Part shown: one piece after another, positions 23,552 through 41,872 of the stretch
How the letters are laid out: each line of letters begins with the position of its first letter
How positions within the stretch are numbered: position 1 is the first letter of the stretch
From: Zetaproteobacteria bacterium
GTDB taxonomy: Bacteria > Pseudomonadota > Zetaproteobacteria > Mariprofundales > J009
Direction of reading: 5' to 3'
DNA length: 62,092 nt
Assembly (NCBI GenBank): GCA_003696765.1
Contig: RFFX01000040.1
Span: 1 to 62,092, forward strand
Made by a program: the position numbers and the translations under genes
Notes under the pieces: generated by a model
The model's database searches: none
What the model was told of the DNA's origin: nothing
What the model saw: only the letters and a program-made list of their open reading frames with translations

Positions 23552-24517
23552 CTACTGGGGGGCGCGCTCCAGCAGCCGCCGGATGCCGGTGGGAAGGGCG
23601 ACCTCGTCCGGGTGGACCCACCGCCCCGGGGGATCGGGCGGAGCATCGGTGCAGAGGAGATAGAGGTGGAGCCGGCGGTGGGTGAGGCGGTGGAGCAGGT
23701 CGGGGCGGCGATCCGCCGTCGGTGTGATCGGCTCGATCGGCGGTGTCCACATGCCGCCCCAGATCGCATCCGCCGGGCGCCGCACCATCCAGATGCCGCG
23801 CTCGGGATGGCGGTGGATGGAAACGCGCCAGTGCAGATCGCGCACGGCCGCTCCAGCCCGCGCCGGCGCGGGCTGGAGCGGCCGGTCGGCGCCGGCGCAA
23901 ACGGGCCGCAGCGGGCAGGCGCCGCAGGCGGCGGTGCGCGCCCGGCAGAGGGTGGCGCCGAGCTCCATCATCGCCTGGTTCCACTCGGCGGGGTCGGGCG
24001 CGCGCCCGATGGCATGTGAGGCCAGCCGCCACAACGTGCTGTCTGCGGCCGTTGCGGCATCATGCCAGCGGGTCAGCACCCGGCGTACGTTGGCGTCGAG
24101 CACCGGCCGGCGTTGTCCGAAGCAGATCGAGGCGATGGCGCCGGCGGTGGAGCGACCGATGCCGGGCAGGGCGAGGATCTCGGCGAACGCTTCGGGGAAG
24201 CGCCCGTGATGGCGCTGCATGATCTGCCCGGCCGCGGCGTGGAGCAGCCGCGCCCGCCGGTAGTAGCCCAGCCCCTGCCACGCCTTGAGCACCTCCGCCT
24301 CGTCGGCGGCGGCCAGCGTCGGTAGGTCGGGAAACCGCGCCAGCCAGGTATCGAAGCGGGGCAGCACGGTGGCCACCTGGGTCTGCTGCAGCATGACCTC
24401 GGAGATCCAGATGCGGTAGGGGTCGCGGGTGCGGCGCCACGGCAGGTCGCGTCGGTGGCGGCGGTACCACGCCGGCAGCGCCGTCTCCGGATCGGTGTCG
24501 TATTGATCAGAGTGCAA
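23552..24517 (-). CDS. mutY: A/G-specific adenine DNA glycosylase
   Basis: HhH-GPD (LPGIGRSTAGAI) and Fe-S cluster cysteines (CRARTAACGACPLRPVC). The start is ambiguous: either TTG 24517 (5 nt after GGAGG, inside an H repeat module) or GTG 24556 (GTGA overlap with the upstream stop). Confidence 0.88.
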   Translation of the reverse strand: MHSDQYDTDPETALPAWYRRHRRDLPWRRTRDPYRIWISEVMLQQTQVATVLPRFDTWLARFPDLPTLAAADEAEVLKAWQGLGYYRRARLLHAAAGQIMQRHHGRFPEAFAEILALPGIGRSTAGAIASICFGQRRPVLDANVRRVLTRWHDAATAADSTLWRLASHAIGRAPDPAEWNQAMMELGATLCRARTAACGACPLRPVCAGADRPLQPAPARAGAAVRDLHWRVSIHRHPERGIWMVRRPADAIWGGMWTPPIEPITPTADRRPDLLHRLTHRRLHLYLLCTDAPPDPPGRWVHPDEVALPTGIRRLLERAPQ

Positions 24518-24549
24518 AACGTCCCTCCATGGACGTGTTGCGATTCGAA
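24514..24549 (+). repeat. FDTGH repeat family, solo H module (antisense to flanking genes)
   Basis: GCAAAACGTCCCTCCATGGACGTGTTGCGATTCGAA. Confidence 0.75.
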
Positions 24550-24552
24550 GCG

Positions 24553-25506
24553 TCACATGCCACGGAAGACGAAGCCTCCGGCCACCACCTCGAAGGTGAG
24601 GAAGAAGCTGGCCCGATCCAACCCCCAGGCCGAGGGGAGCGGGCGGAAGGGGGCTGCGTCGTGGATCGCCCGGATCGCGCTGTCGTTGAGCGCCGCGATC
24701 GGGCTGGGGCGGAGGATCTCCACCGCGGCGAGCGAGCCGTCGCGGTCGATGCTCAGCTTGAGCAGCACGCGGCGATCCTGCTCCGGGTGGTCGGCGTAGT
24801 CGGCCTGTCCGGGGCGCCACTGCTCCTCGAGCGCATCGACCAGCGCGTGGGCGTAGGAAGCGTACTTCTCCTCGCGGGTGTTGATCGGGATGTTGGCCTC
24901 GCGCCGGGGGAGGTGGCGCGCGCGGGTGCGATCCCGTTGCGGGGAGCGTCGGGCGAAGGGGAGTGCCGATGGCATCAGTTGCGCCAGCGGGATCGGCCGC
25001 AGCATCGGCTTGGGTTTGGGCGCCGGCTTCGGCGGCGGCAGGGGCTCGGCCTTTTTGTGTCGGTGCAGTCGCGGTTGCCTCTGCTCCGCCTTCGGTGCCG
25101 GCTTGTTGCGCCGTCTCGGGGTCGGCAGCGGCGGGACGCGCGGTGCGGGCAGCGGTCGGGGCGGGGACGGCGGTTGCGGGCGTGGGGTGACCTGTGGGGC
25201 GCGGGCGATGCGGTCGATGGTATCGTGCAGCTTGGGTGCGGCCCCCTTCACCGTCTGGTTGGCGATGATCCGCGCCTGGTCGTTGCGCAACCTCTTCTGC
25301 CTTTTCGGCTGTTGGAACAGCACCACATCCATGATCCGGGGCTCGCGCCGCACCTCTTTGGGGGGGTGGCCGTGGCGCAGGCCGATGATGGCGATCAGCA
25401 GCAGGTGGAGCAGGATGGAGGCGATCAGGGCGCGCAGCAGCAGCGGATCACGGCGGCGCCACCGGGGGAAGGAGGGGGGCAGGGCGGTCGCGTTCACAAG
25501 GCGCAA
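24553..25506 (-). CDS. TonB C-terminal-domain (TonB/TolA-like) protein
   Basis: N-terminal TM segment, Pro/Lys-rich spacer, and C-terminal LKLSIDRDGSLAAVEILRPSPIAALNDSAIRAIHDAAPFRPLP. Confidence 0.7.
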   Translation of the reverse strand: MRLVNATALPPSFPRWRRRDPLLLRALIASILLHLLLIAIIGLRHGHPPKEVRREPRIMDVVLFQQPKRQKRLRNDQARIIANQTVKGAAPKLHDTIDRIARAPQVTPRPQPPSPPRPLPAPRVPPLPTPRRRNKPAPKAEQRQPRLHRHKKAEPLPPPKPAPKPKPMLRPIPLAQLMPSALPFARRSPQRDRTRARHLPRREANIPINTREEKYASYAHALVDALEEQWRPGQADYADHPEQDRRVLLKLSIDRDGSLAAVEILRPSPIAALNDSAIRAIHDAAPFRPLPSAWGLDRASFFLTFEVVAGGFVFRGM

Positions 25507-25546
25507 TGCTAGGGCGAAAGGTGGCGATCCGCCCGAAACGGTCGTC

Positions 25547-26077
25547 TCACCTCACGGCCGCCAGTCGGGCGTCGATGTAGCCGGCGATCACCCCGTTGAT
25601 CCAGCCGGTGGCGGTGGAGAGCAACAGCAGCGGCGGCAGCAGGTAGAAGAGGGCGCGCTGTTGCACGATCAACGTCTCGACCACCGCCACCTGGGTCGCC
25701 ATGTGGGCGACGGCGCCGGCGAGGCTGATGCCGACCGGCGAGAGGCCGCAGCGCAGCCGCCACAGCGCAGCCATCACCGCCGCCGCGACCAGTGCCGCGA
25801 CGAGGCTGACCAGGAAGGTGGGGGTGAGCAGCGTGCCGAGGAATAGTGCGCCGAGCACCACCCGGGCGAGGGCGAGCGAGAAGGCGGCGCGGGCGCCGAG
25901 CATGGCCAGGGCGAGCAGGGTGCCGATGTTGGCCAGCCCCGGCTTGAACCACGGCCCGAGCGAGGGAAGCAGCGACTCGAACAGCTGCAGTGCTGCGGCG
26001 AGCACCAGCAGTGCCAGCCAGCGGTAGCGCCGCCGGAGCAGATCGAGCCGCTCCGCACCACTACTGGCCGAGGGCAT
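25547..26077 (-). CDS. Gx-transporter family (Hpre_diP_synt_I-like) membrane protein
   Basis: Polytopic. LFESLLPSLGPWFKPGLANIGTLLAL...GAVAHMATQV resembles this family. ATG 26077 overlaps the upstream stop by 17 nt. Confidence 0.6.
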   Translation of the reverse strand: MPSASSGAERLDLLRRRYRWLALLVLAAALQLFESLLPSLGPWFKPGLANIGTLLALAMLGARAAFSLALARVVLGALFLGTLLTPTFLVSLVAALVAAAVMAALWRLRCGLSPVGISLAGAVAHMATQVAVVETLIVQQRALFYLLPPLLLLSTATGWINGVIAGYIDARLAAVR

Positions 26078-26491
26078 CGAAGGGTGGTTGGCGGTCGGCG
26101 CGACCAATGATCAGCACCGAGATGCGGTTGGGCAGGCAGACGATCATGTCGCCGCTCTGACGATGCACGCCGCTGGCCACGCACTGCTGGCTGCCGCACG
26201 GGGCATGGATCATGCGCACCCCCTCCGGCGCGATGGAGATGCGGGCCGAGCCGAGATCGCCGGTCACCTCCACGATGCGCGCCGGTGTGCCCGGTTGCGG
26301 ATATGGGTAGCGGGCGATCAGTCGGTTGCCGTGGTAGATGCGCACGCTCTGCGGTAGCGCGGCGGCCTGTTGCGCGGCCAGTCGGAATCCGGCGGCGATG
26401 GCCAGCAGCACCAGCAGCAGCAGGATGCGGTCGGCACGGTTGCCCAGGGGTGAGAAGGAGGGGGAGGCGTGGCCGCGGCGCGGCCCCAGGC

Positions 26492-26495
<4 letters not shown>
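26061..26495 (-). CDS. NusG domain II-containing (DUF1312) protein
   Basis: VRIYHGNRLIARYPYP...IAPEGVRMIHAPCGSQQCVASG...DMIVCLPNRISVLI. The GTG start overlaps the hppA stop (GTGA). Confidence 0.62.
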
Positions 26496-28495
<2,000 letters not shown>

Positions 28496-28504
28496 CTGCT
28501 ACCT

Positions 28505-28590
28505 GATCGCAACAAGTCCGTCCATGGACTTTCCGGCCGCACGGGAATCGAAGAGCGCGGCCTTCACTGTTGAGCGAAGCCCCGATCAGC
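28505..28590 (-). repeat. FDTGH repeat family, degenerate partial copy (H, G, possibly F remnants)
   Basis: GATCGCAACAAGTCCGTCCATGGACTTTCC...GGGAATCGAAGAGCGCGGCCTTC...GAGCGAAGCC. Confidence 0.55.
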
Positions 28591-28639
28591 CAGACCGAAC
28601 TGCGCCATCGCAGCGGCTACCGTCCGCCCTTCGGCGGCG

Positions 28640-29893
<1,254 letters not shown>

Positions 29894-29921
29894 CGGTCGG
29901 GTTTCCTTTCCTCGGAGTGTT

Positions 29922-30079
29922 GATGGAATCGCAAAAAGTCCGTCCGTGGACTCTTTGGCTGTACGGCGATCGAAGAGCACGCTCTTCGATCCTCTTACAA
30001 ATCAATCACTTGCTTACGCAGGCTCTTGATTTGCGCGGCCGTCCATGGTCGCGATGATGGCTTCTTGCGAAGCCGTCAT
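29922..30079 (-). repeat. FDTGH repeat family, full copy
   Basis: Reverse complement of all five modules. The T outer stem reads CAAATCAA/TTGATTTG. The F end contains the stop of the lipoprotein gene. Confidence 0.88.
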
Positions 30080-30384
30080 TGTTGTTGCATGCGGGTGGCG
30101 CGACGTTGTTGCATGCGGATGGCGCGACGGGCCAGGTTGCGGGCGACACGGGCCTTGGCACGGGCCTCGTCGAAGCGGTGGCCTGCGAGCAGCAGGCTCG
30201 CCTGATGCAGAGCGGCGTCGGCCTTCTTCACCATCCCGGCCGCGGCGCTCTCCGCGGGGGGGTGGAGCCGGTGGGCCGCCTGCAGCGCCGCCCGCGCCTC
30301 GGCCATCATCTGTACCGGCGGCTGGTGTTTGACACAGCCGGCGGCGATCAGCAGGGCGGCGATCAGCAGGGGGTATCGGGCCAT
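30076..30384 (-). CDS. DUF4398-like lipoprotein
   Basis: Lipobox LLIAAGC followed by helical Ala-rich repeats. A C-terminal in-frame 24-nt duplication is present. The stop lies in repeat module F. Confidence 0.6.
   Translation of the reverse strand: MARYPLLIAALLIAAGCVKHQPPVQMMAEARAALQAAHRLHPPAESAAAGMVKKADAALHQASLLLAGHRFDEARAKARVARNLARRAIRMQQRRATRMQQQ
30081..30128. repeat. 24-nt direct tandem duplication (2 units, 1 mismatch) inside the lipoprotein CDS
   Basis: GTTGTTGCATGCGGGTGGCGCGAC / GTTGTTGCATGCGGATGGCGCGAC. It encodes the duplicated ...RMQQRRAT/RMQQ... C-terminus. Confidence 0.9.
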
Positions 30385-30400
30385 CGGCCGACCGTCCCGC

Positions 30401-32239
<1,839 letters not shown>

Positions 32240-32267
32240 CGGGTACCCCCCGTCGGTCTGCGGTCGT

Positions 32268-32795
32268 TCAACCGGCCTGCTTCGCCGCCTCGGGATGGGC
32301 CAGGGCGTAGAGCGGGCTCTCCCGGTACATCTTGTCGATCTGCTCCGGCGTCAGCCGGGCGCGCTCCTCGAGCGTCCCTTCGGCGGCGGAGAGGCTCTTG
32401 TAGAGGGCGTCCATCTCCTGGATCTTCTCCCGAGTCATCTTGCGCCGCACGGCGAAGTAGCCGGTGATCCGCCCCTCGGCGTCGCGCTGCGGGGTCATGG
32501 TGACGTCGACCCAGTAGGTGTCGCCGTTCTTGCAGCGGTTCTTCACCTGGCCGCGCCACTCCTTGCCCTGCGCGAGGGTGTCCCAACACCAGGCGAAGGC
32601 GATGCAGGGCATGTCGGGGTGGCGGACGATGCTGTGGGGCGCGCCGACCAGCTCGTCGGCGGAGTAGCCGGAGATGCGGCAGAAGACGTCGTTGGCGTAG
32701 GTGATGACCCCCTTGAGGTCGGTCTTGGAGCAGATCCACTCGTCGTCACGCATCGAGTCGTTGACCTTGTTGGTGACGGGAAGATTCACGCGCAT
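32268..32795 (-). CDS. PAS-domain sensor protein (stand-alone)
   Basis: ATG 32795 lies behind [45 protein letters not shown]...NGDTYWVDV. Confidence 0.8.
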   Translation of the reverse strand: MRVNLPVTNKVNDSMRDDEWICSKTDLKGVITYANDVFCRISGYSADELVGAPHSIVRHPDMPCIAFAWCWDTLAQGKEWRGQVKNRCKNGDTYWVDVTMTPQRDAEGRITGYFAVRRKMTREKIQEMDALYKSLSAAEGTLEERARLTPEQIDKMYRESPLYALAHPEAAKQAG

Positions 32796-32966
32796 GGACG
32801 ACCCTCCTTGGGTTGATCGGGCTGCAACCATACGTGAAGGCGGCGCAACTTCAACACCCCGAACGGCCGGGGGAAATGGAGCCCGGCCGCCGTCTTGGCC
32901 GCCGACGACAGGGGCTCCTCCGCATCCATGCGGCGGCGGGCGGAGCCCATTGTTGCGCATGGGATG

Positions 32967-36399
<3,433 letters not shown>

Positions 36400-36457
36400 G
36401 ATGGCATCCCCTCTTCGTGTCGGTTGGGCGCAACCCTTGGCCTTTCCGGGTGAAGCG

Positions 36458-36916
36458 TCAATGAAGCGGGGGGCTCTCGTGCCCTTTGCCCCCGGAAGGC
36501 GGCCCGCAGCGCGCCACCATGCGGATGGCGCCGGTCGGATGGATGGCGCGGGCGGCCCGCCAGGCGGCGGCGACCCCCGCGCCGGCGCCAAGCAGAAAGG
36601 CGGGGTTGGCCGGCAGATCGAGTGCGCCGGCCGTCCAGACGGCCAGCCCGCCACCGAGAAAAAGCGCGGTCAGTGGCAGTCCGTAGAGCAGCAACGCGGC
36701 GATCAGCAGCGTGCGGTCGGGCAGCTCCACCTCGACCAGATCACCCGGCACCGCCCCGAGGGTGTTGGTGGTGCGCAGCCTGAGCGTCCGCGTGCTCCAC
36801 GCGCCCAGCGTCGAACAGGAGGACTCCCCGGCACAACCGCCGCAGGCCGACTGACGCACCCCCTGCAGCAGCGCCGTCGTGCCCTTGACGGCGATCACCC
36901 GCAGCCTGCTGCGCAC
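36458..36916 (-). CDS. RseC/MucC-family (SoxR-reducing system) protein
   Basis: AVKGTTALLQGVRQSACGGCAGESSC is followed by two hydrophobic helices. The start is uncertain (GTG 36916). Confidence 0.55.
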   Translation of the reverse strand: MRSRLRVIAVKGTTALLQGVRQSACGGCAGESSCSTLGAWSTRTLRLRTTNTLGAVPGDLVEVELPDRTLLIAALLLYGLPLTALFLGGGLAVWTAGALDLPANPAFLLGAGAGVAAAWRAARAIHPTGAIRMVARCGPPSGGKGHESPPLH

Positions 36917-36918
36917 AG

Positions 36919-37608
36919 CTACATCCAACCCGATTCGCGCAGCGAGACGACCATCTTCCCGGCGACGATGAAGTGGTCGAGCAGCTGCAGCTCGAGCGGT
37001 TCGGCCGCCTGGGCGATGCGGCGGGTGATCGCGCGGTCGGCCTCGCTCGGCTGCGGAGTTCCCGCCGGGTGGTTGTGGAACAGCAGCATGCCGCGGGCGT
37101 CGAGCTCCAGCGCCCGCTTGAGCAGGTTGCGCGGGTAGACGGCGGCGCGATCGACGGTCCCCTCGAAGAGGATCTCGCTGGCGATCGGGTGGTGGCGCTG
37201 GTCGGTGAAGATGGCGCCGAAGCACTCCATGGTGCGCCCCTGCAGCAGCAGGCGCAGGTGGTCGCGCACCCGCTCCGGCCGGTCGAACACCGGCCGCTCG
37301 GGGAGCCCGGATGCGAGATAGCGGCACGCCGCCTGCCGGATCAGGCGCAGAAAGGAGGCGGCCTGCAGCCCCATCCCCTCCTCCTGGCGCAGCTCGTCGA
37401 GGCCGGCGTCGAACACCCCGGCCAGTGTGCCGAAGCGGGCCAGCAGTCGCTTGGCGATCGGCTTGACGTCGCGCCGCGGGATGGCGTAGGTGAGCAGCAG
37501 CTCGATCACCTCGTAGTCGTGGAATCCAGCCAGCCCGTGCTCCAGCCAGCGCGCCCGCAGCCGTCGGCGGTGGCCGTGGACGCTGGTGTCGGCGGCACTA
37601 TTCGGCAT
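36919..37608 (-). CDS. radC: RadC-family JAB-domain protein
   Basis: ATG 37608 lies behind GGAGGG. JAB motif [14 protein letters not shown]. Confidence 0.85.
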   Translation of the reverse strand: MPNSAADTSVHGHRRRLRARWLEHGLAGFHDYEVIELLLTYAIPRRDVKPIAKRLLARFGTLAGVFDAGLDELRQEEGMGLQAASFLRLIRQAACRYLASGLPERPVFDRPERVRDHLRLLLQGRTMECFGAIFTDQRHHPIASEILFEGTVDRAAVYPRNLLKRALELDARGMLLFHNHPAGTPQPSEADRAITRRIAQAAEPLELQLLDHFIVAGKMVVSLRESGWM

Positions 37609-38593
37609 TTTCCCTCCAGCGTCGGGCGAGGTAGCGACGAAGGCCGGGGGTCTGGTGGATCTGGCCGTGGCCATCGACCACCATCCCCTCCATGCCCAGC
37701 CGCTCGATCAGCGGCAGGCCGGCCGGGCCGAGAACGAACAACGCCGTGCTCCAGCCGTCGGCGCGGGTGGCATCGTCGGCGATCACCGTGGCGCTCATCG
37801 CCCGTCGCGCCGGCCGGCCGCTGGTCGGGTCGAGGATGTGGTGGTAGCGCCTGCCGTGGACGATGACGAACCGTTCATAGTCGCCGGAGGTTACCACGCT
37901 GCGATCTCCTTCCAACTCGAGGGCGGCGACCACCGCGCCGGGCCGACGCGGATGGCGGATGCCGATGCGCCATTTGCGCGCGCCGTGGCGGCCGAGGATG
38001 CGCATGTCGCCGCCGGCGTTGATGATGGCGTTGGCGATGTGGTGTGCCTTGAGCACGGCGATGCCGCGGTCGATGGCGTAGCCCTTGGCGATGCCGCCGA
38101 AATCGAGCCGGCAGCGGGGATCGCGCCGCCGCCAGCGGTCGCCCTGCCGGTCGAAGCAGCGGCGCGGCGGGCGCTGTGCGGCGATCTGCCGGGCGGTGGG
38201 CAGCGGCCGGTTGCGCGGACGGTCGGAGGAGAAGCCCCACAGCGCGTTGAGTCCGCCGAGGCCGGGGTGGAAGGCGCCGCCGCTTTGGCGCTGGATCTCG
38301 ATGCTGATGGCCAGCAGCCGGCCCACCTCGTCCGGCAGCGGGGCTTCGTCCCGGTTGAAGCGGCGCACCGGGCTGTCGTGGGCGGTGGTGAAGCGCGCCT
38401 CCACCCGGCCCATCTCGCGCGCGGCGGCGGCGATGGCCCGCTCGGCCGCATTGCGCGGCGCGCCGAAGATGGTGAACTCGACCAGCGTGCCCATCATGTA
38501 GCGTGTCTGGTGGACCGGCGGCGGCGCATCGGCGCTGCAGCCGCCGAAAAGCAGCGCGGGGGAGAGGGTGAGCAGGAGTATGAACGAACGCAT
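37598..38593 (-). CDS. apbE: FAD:protein FMN transferase (ApbE)
   Basis: ATG 38593. Lipobox [22 protein letters not shown] and SGDYERF. Confidence 0.9.
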   Translation of the reverse strand: MRSFILLLTLSPALLFGGCSADAPPPVHQTRYMMGTLVEFTIFGAPRNAAERAIAAAAREMGRVEARFTTAHDSPVRRFNRDEAPLPDEVGRLLAISIEIQRQSGGAFHPGLGGLNALWGFSSDRPRNRPLPTARQIAAQRPPRRCFDRQGDRWRRRDPRCRLDFGGIAKGYAIDRGIAVLKAHHIANAIINAGGDMRILGRHGARKWRIGIRHPRRPGAVVAALELEGDRSVVTSGDYERFVIVHGRRYHHILDPTSGRPARRAMSATVIADDATRADGWSTALFVLGPAGLPLIERLGMEGMVVDGHGQIHQTPGLRRYLARRWRENAE

Positions 38594-38620
38594 CACGGCG
38601 CCACTCTCACCGCCTGCGGC

Positions 38621-38649
38621 TTGCCGCGCCACTCCGGCGGGGGTAGGAT
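38621..38649 (+). promoter_or_regulatory. candidate sigma70-type promoter of erpA
   Basis: TTGCCG (38621-38626), a 17-nt spacer, then TAGGAT (38644-38649), in the divergent apbE/erpA spacer. Confidence 0.3.
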
Positions 38650-38761
38650 GAGCTTCGGGTCGGATCGCCAACGGTTCGACCTGCGGGGCGTTCCGCCCGA
38701 GGGAAGGGACAGGCACGGTCGCCGCCTTTCCCTGACAAATCAACTCCACGGAGGCATCCGC

Positions 38762-39115
38762 ATGCCGATCACCATCACCCCGGCCGCCGCCGAGAAGATC
38801 GCCGCGCTCAAACAGCAGGGCTATCAGGATATGCATCTGCGCATCTTCGTCAGCGGCGGCGGTTGCTCCGGCTTCCAGTACGGCTTCACCTTCGATGAGG
38901 CGATCAACGAGAACGACACCATCGCCGAGTCGGGCGGCGTCAAGCTGCTGATCGACGCCATGAGCCTGGAGCTGCTGCGCGGCGCCGAGGTCGATTACCG
39001 TTCGGATGTCAACGGCGAGTCGTTCGTCATCCGCAACCCCAACGCCGCCTCGACCTGCGGCTGCGGCAAGTCGTTCACCCCATCCGAGCGCGGAGGTTGC
39101 GCCCACGCGGGATAG
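38762..39115 (+). CDS. erpA: iron-sulfur cluster insertion protein (A-type carrier)
   Basis: Last 117 aa of ORF 37586..39115. ATG 38762 follows [13 protein letters not shown]...CGCGKSF, plus a 12-aa Cys/His tail. Confidence 0.9.
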   Translation: MPITITPAAAEKIAALKQQGYQDMHLRIFVSGGGCSGFQYGFTFDEAINENDTIAESGGVKLLIDAMSLELLRGAEVDYRSDVNGESFVIRNPNAASTCGCGKSFTPSERGGCAHAG

Positions 39116-39157
39116 CCCGGCGAATGGTGCAAGCCGGGTGCCGGGTGGTTACCGCGG

Positions 39158-40078
<921 letters not shown>

Positions 40079-40186
40079 GCCGCCGCGCTTGTCGATGGCG
40101 GCTGATCCCCTGCTTGCCTTTCGCCCCCGCTCTCCTAACCTGTGGTGCCGGTCCGGTTCCGGATGGGGATGCCCCTCCTCCGGAAG

Positions 40187-40260
40187 CGATCCTGCCGCCT
40201 GTGCTCTTCGATCTCCGTCGAGCAAAAAGTCCACGGACGGACTTTTTGCGATTCGATCAG
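40187..40260 (+). repeat. FDTGH repeat family, partial copy (degenerate G plus H)
   Basis: CGATCC...GCTCTTCGATCT...GAGCAAAAAGTCCACGGACGGACTTTTTGCGATTCGATC. Confidence 0.75.
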
Positions 40261-40262
40261 CA

Positions 40263-40422
40263 ATGACGGCTTCGCAAGAAGCCGGCAGCAGCGGCCAGGA
40301 CGGCCGCGCAAATCCGGAGGTTGCGCATGCAAGCGACGGATTATGTAAGGCGATCGAAAACCGCGTTTTTCGATCGCCTTCAAGCAAAAAGTCCACGGAC
40401 GGACTTTTTGCGATCCCATCAG
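40263..40422 (+). repeat. FDTGH repeat family, full copy
   Basis: All five modules. The G arms read CGATCGAAAACCG/CGTTTTTCGATCG. Confidence 0.9.
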
Positions 40423-40423
40423 C

Positions 40424-40460
40424 AATACGGTCCATGGAGGGACGGTTTGCGATTCGATCG
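40424..40460 (+). repeat. FDTGH repeat family, solo H-like module
   Basis: ATACGGTCCATGGAGGGACGGTTTGCGATTCGATCG, ending 4 nt before the leuD ATG. Confidence 0.65.
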
Positions 40461-40463
40461 AAC

Positions 40464-41111
40464 ATGCAGCCGTTCACCGTTCATGAGGGGTTGGTGGCGC
40501 CGATGGATCGGGCCAATGTCGATACCGACGCCATCATCCCCAAGCAGTTCCTCAAATCGATCCGCCGCAGCGGATACGGCGCCTATCTGTTCGACGAGTG
40601 GCGCTATCTCGATCAGGGCGAGCCGGGGATGGATTGCAGCAAACGGCCGAAGAATCCCGACTTTGTGCTCAATCAGCCGCGCTATCGGGGGGCGACGATC
40701 CTGTTGGCGCGGGAGAACTTCGGCTGCGGTTCGTCGCGCGAGCATGCGCCGTGGGCGCTGCTCGACTACGGCTTCCGCTGCATCATCGCTCCCTCCTTCG
40801 CCGATATCTTCTACGACAACTGCTGCAAGAACGGCATCCTGCCGCTGACCCAGCCGGCGGAGGTGGTCGACCGCCTCTTTGCCGAGTGCGCAGCGCAGGA
40901 GGGCTACCGGCTGCGGGTCGATCTGCCGGCCCAGCGGTTGACCCTCCCCGATGGAACGACCTTTGCCTTCGGGATCGATCCCTTCCGCAAGCGGCGGCTG
41001 GTCGAGGGGCTGGACGACATCGCTCTGACGCTGGAGCACGCCGATGAGATCCGTGCCTTCGAGCGGCGCCACTTCGCTGCCCATCCGTGGCTGGTGGAAG
41101 CCGCCGCTTGA
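40464..41111 (+). CDS. leuD: 3-isopropylmalate dehydratase small subunit
   Basis: ATG 40464. [14 protein letters not shown] and [17 protein letters not shown]. Confidence 0.93.
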   Translation: MQPFTVHEGLVAPMDRANVDTDAIIPKQFLKSIRRSGYGAYLFDEWRYLDQGEPGMDCSKRPKNPDFVLNQPRYRGATILLARENFGCGSSREHAPWALLDYGFRCIIAPSFADIFYDNCCKNGILPLTQPAEVVDRLFAECAAQEGYRLRVDLPAQRLTLPDGTTFAFGIDPFRKRRLVEGLDDIALTLEHADEIRAFERRHFAAHPWLVEAAA

Positions 41112-41872
41112 GGTGGGCGGCGCGGGCGCTGCTGGCCCCGTTGTCGTTTGCTCTGTCGTCGCTCTGCGGCGCCGGCGTTGCCGAGGCGTTGGAGGCGGGC
41201 GCCGGCTTGCTCTGGTGGCAGTATGAGGAGATTGCCTCCGATACCCGCTACACGGGGGCCCCATTCCATTCGCGTGCGGAGCAGGTTGCGCTTCGACTGT
41301 GTGTCCAGGAGGGGGCCGTCGGCGACGATGGGTGGGGCTGGTCCAGCACCCTCTCCTCCATCGTGCCGCTATTGCGGGCGACCGAGCACTGGCCCCGTGC
41401 CGATTTTCTGCAGACCAACGATTTGCGCATCGGTCAACTGGACGGGCGGTTGACGTTGCGCCGGACGTTGCAGCAGGGGGAGGTCGGGCTGTTTGCCGCG
41501 GCGCGCTGGCAGCAGCAGGCGCGGGAACGGTTCCGGAAGAATGGTGCCCCGCTGCCCGATCCGTTGATCACCGAGACCATCCGCAGCCTCTGGGCCGGCC
41601 TGCTCTTCGCCTCCCGCCGGCTGGAGATCCGCGCGGCACTCCCCCTGTGGGTGCGGACCAGAAACTCGTCGATCCCCAATACGTTCCGCAACCGCCGCGG
41701 CTATCGGGCCGGCGCCTCGCTGCATCTCCCGCTGGCGCAGTGGCTGGCCATGCCGTTGCATCTGCGCGCCGCCTACCGGATTCAGCAGTTCGCCGGAGAG
41801 GCACAGACCACCGCCCTCTGGCCGAAGAACCGCTTCCAGACCCTCTCGCTCGCCGTGGAGGGGCGCTGGTGA
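41087..41872 (+). CDS. hypothetical protein, possible outer-membrane beta-barrel
   Basis: The start is GTG 41087 or TTG 41108, the latter overlapping the leuD stop. Signal-like [22 protein letters not shown]-terminal ...LSLAVEGRW has an aromatic terminus. Confidence 0.45.
   Translation: MAGGSRRLRWAARALLAPLSFALSSLCGAGVAEALEAGAGLLWWQYEEIASDTRYTGAPFHSRAEQVALRLCVQEGAVGDDGWGWSSTLSSIVPLLRATEHWPRADFLQTNDLRIGQLDGRLTLRRTLQQGEVGLFAAARWQQQARERFRKNGAPLPDPLITETIRSLWAGLLFASRRLEIRAALPLWVRTRNSSIPNTFRNRRGYRAGASLHLPLAQWLAMPLHLRAAYRIQQFAGEAQTTALWPKNRFQTLSLAVEGRW

Noticed and set aside
40089-40463. Recurrent peptides in the ORF track (e.g. [57 protein letters not shown])
   Set aside because: These are translations of the FDTGH repeat in various frames and on both strands. 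Indels between copies break the frames, and there are no start or SD signals. The repeats are not protein-coding.
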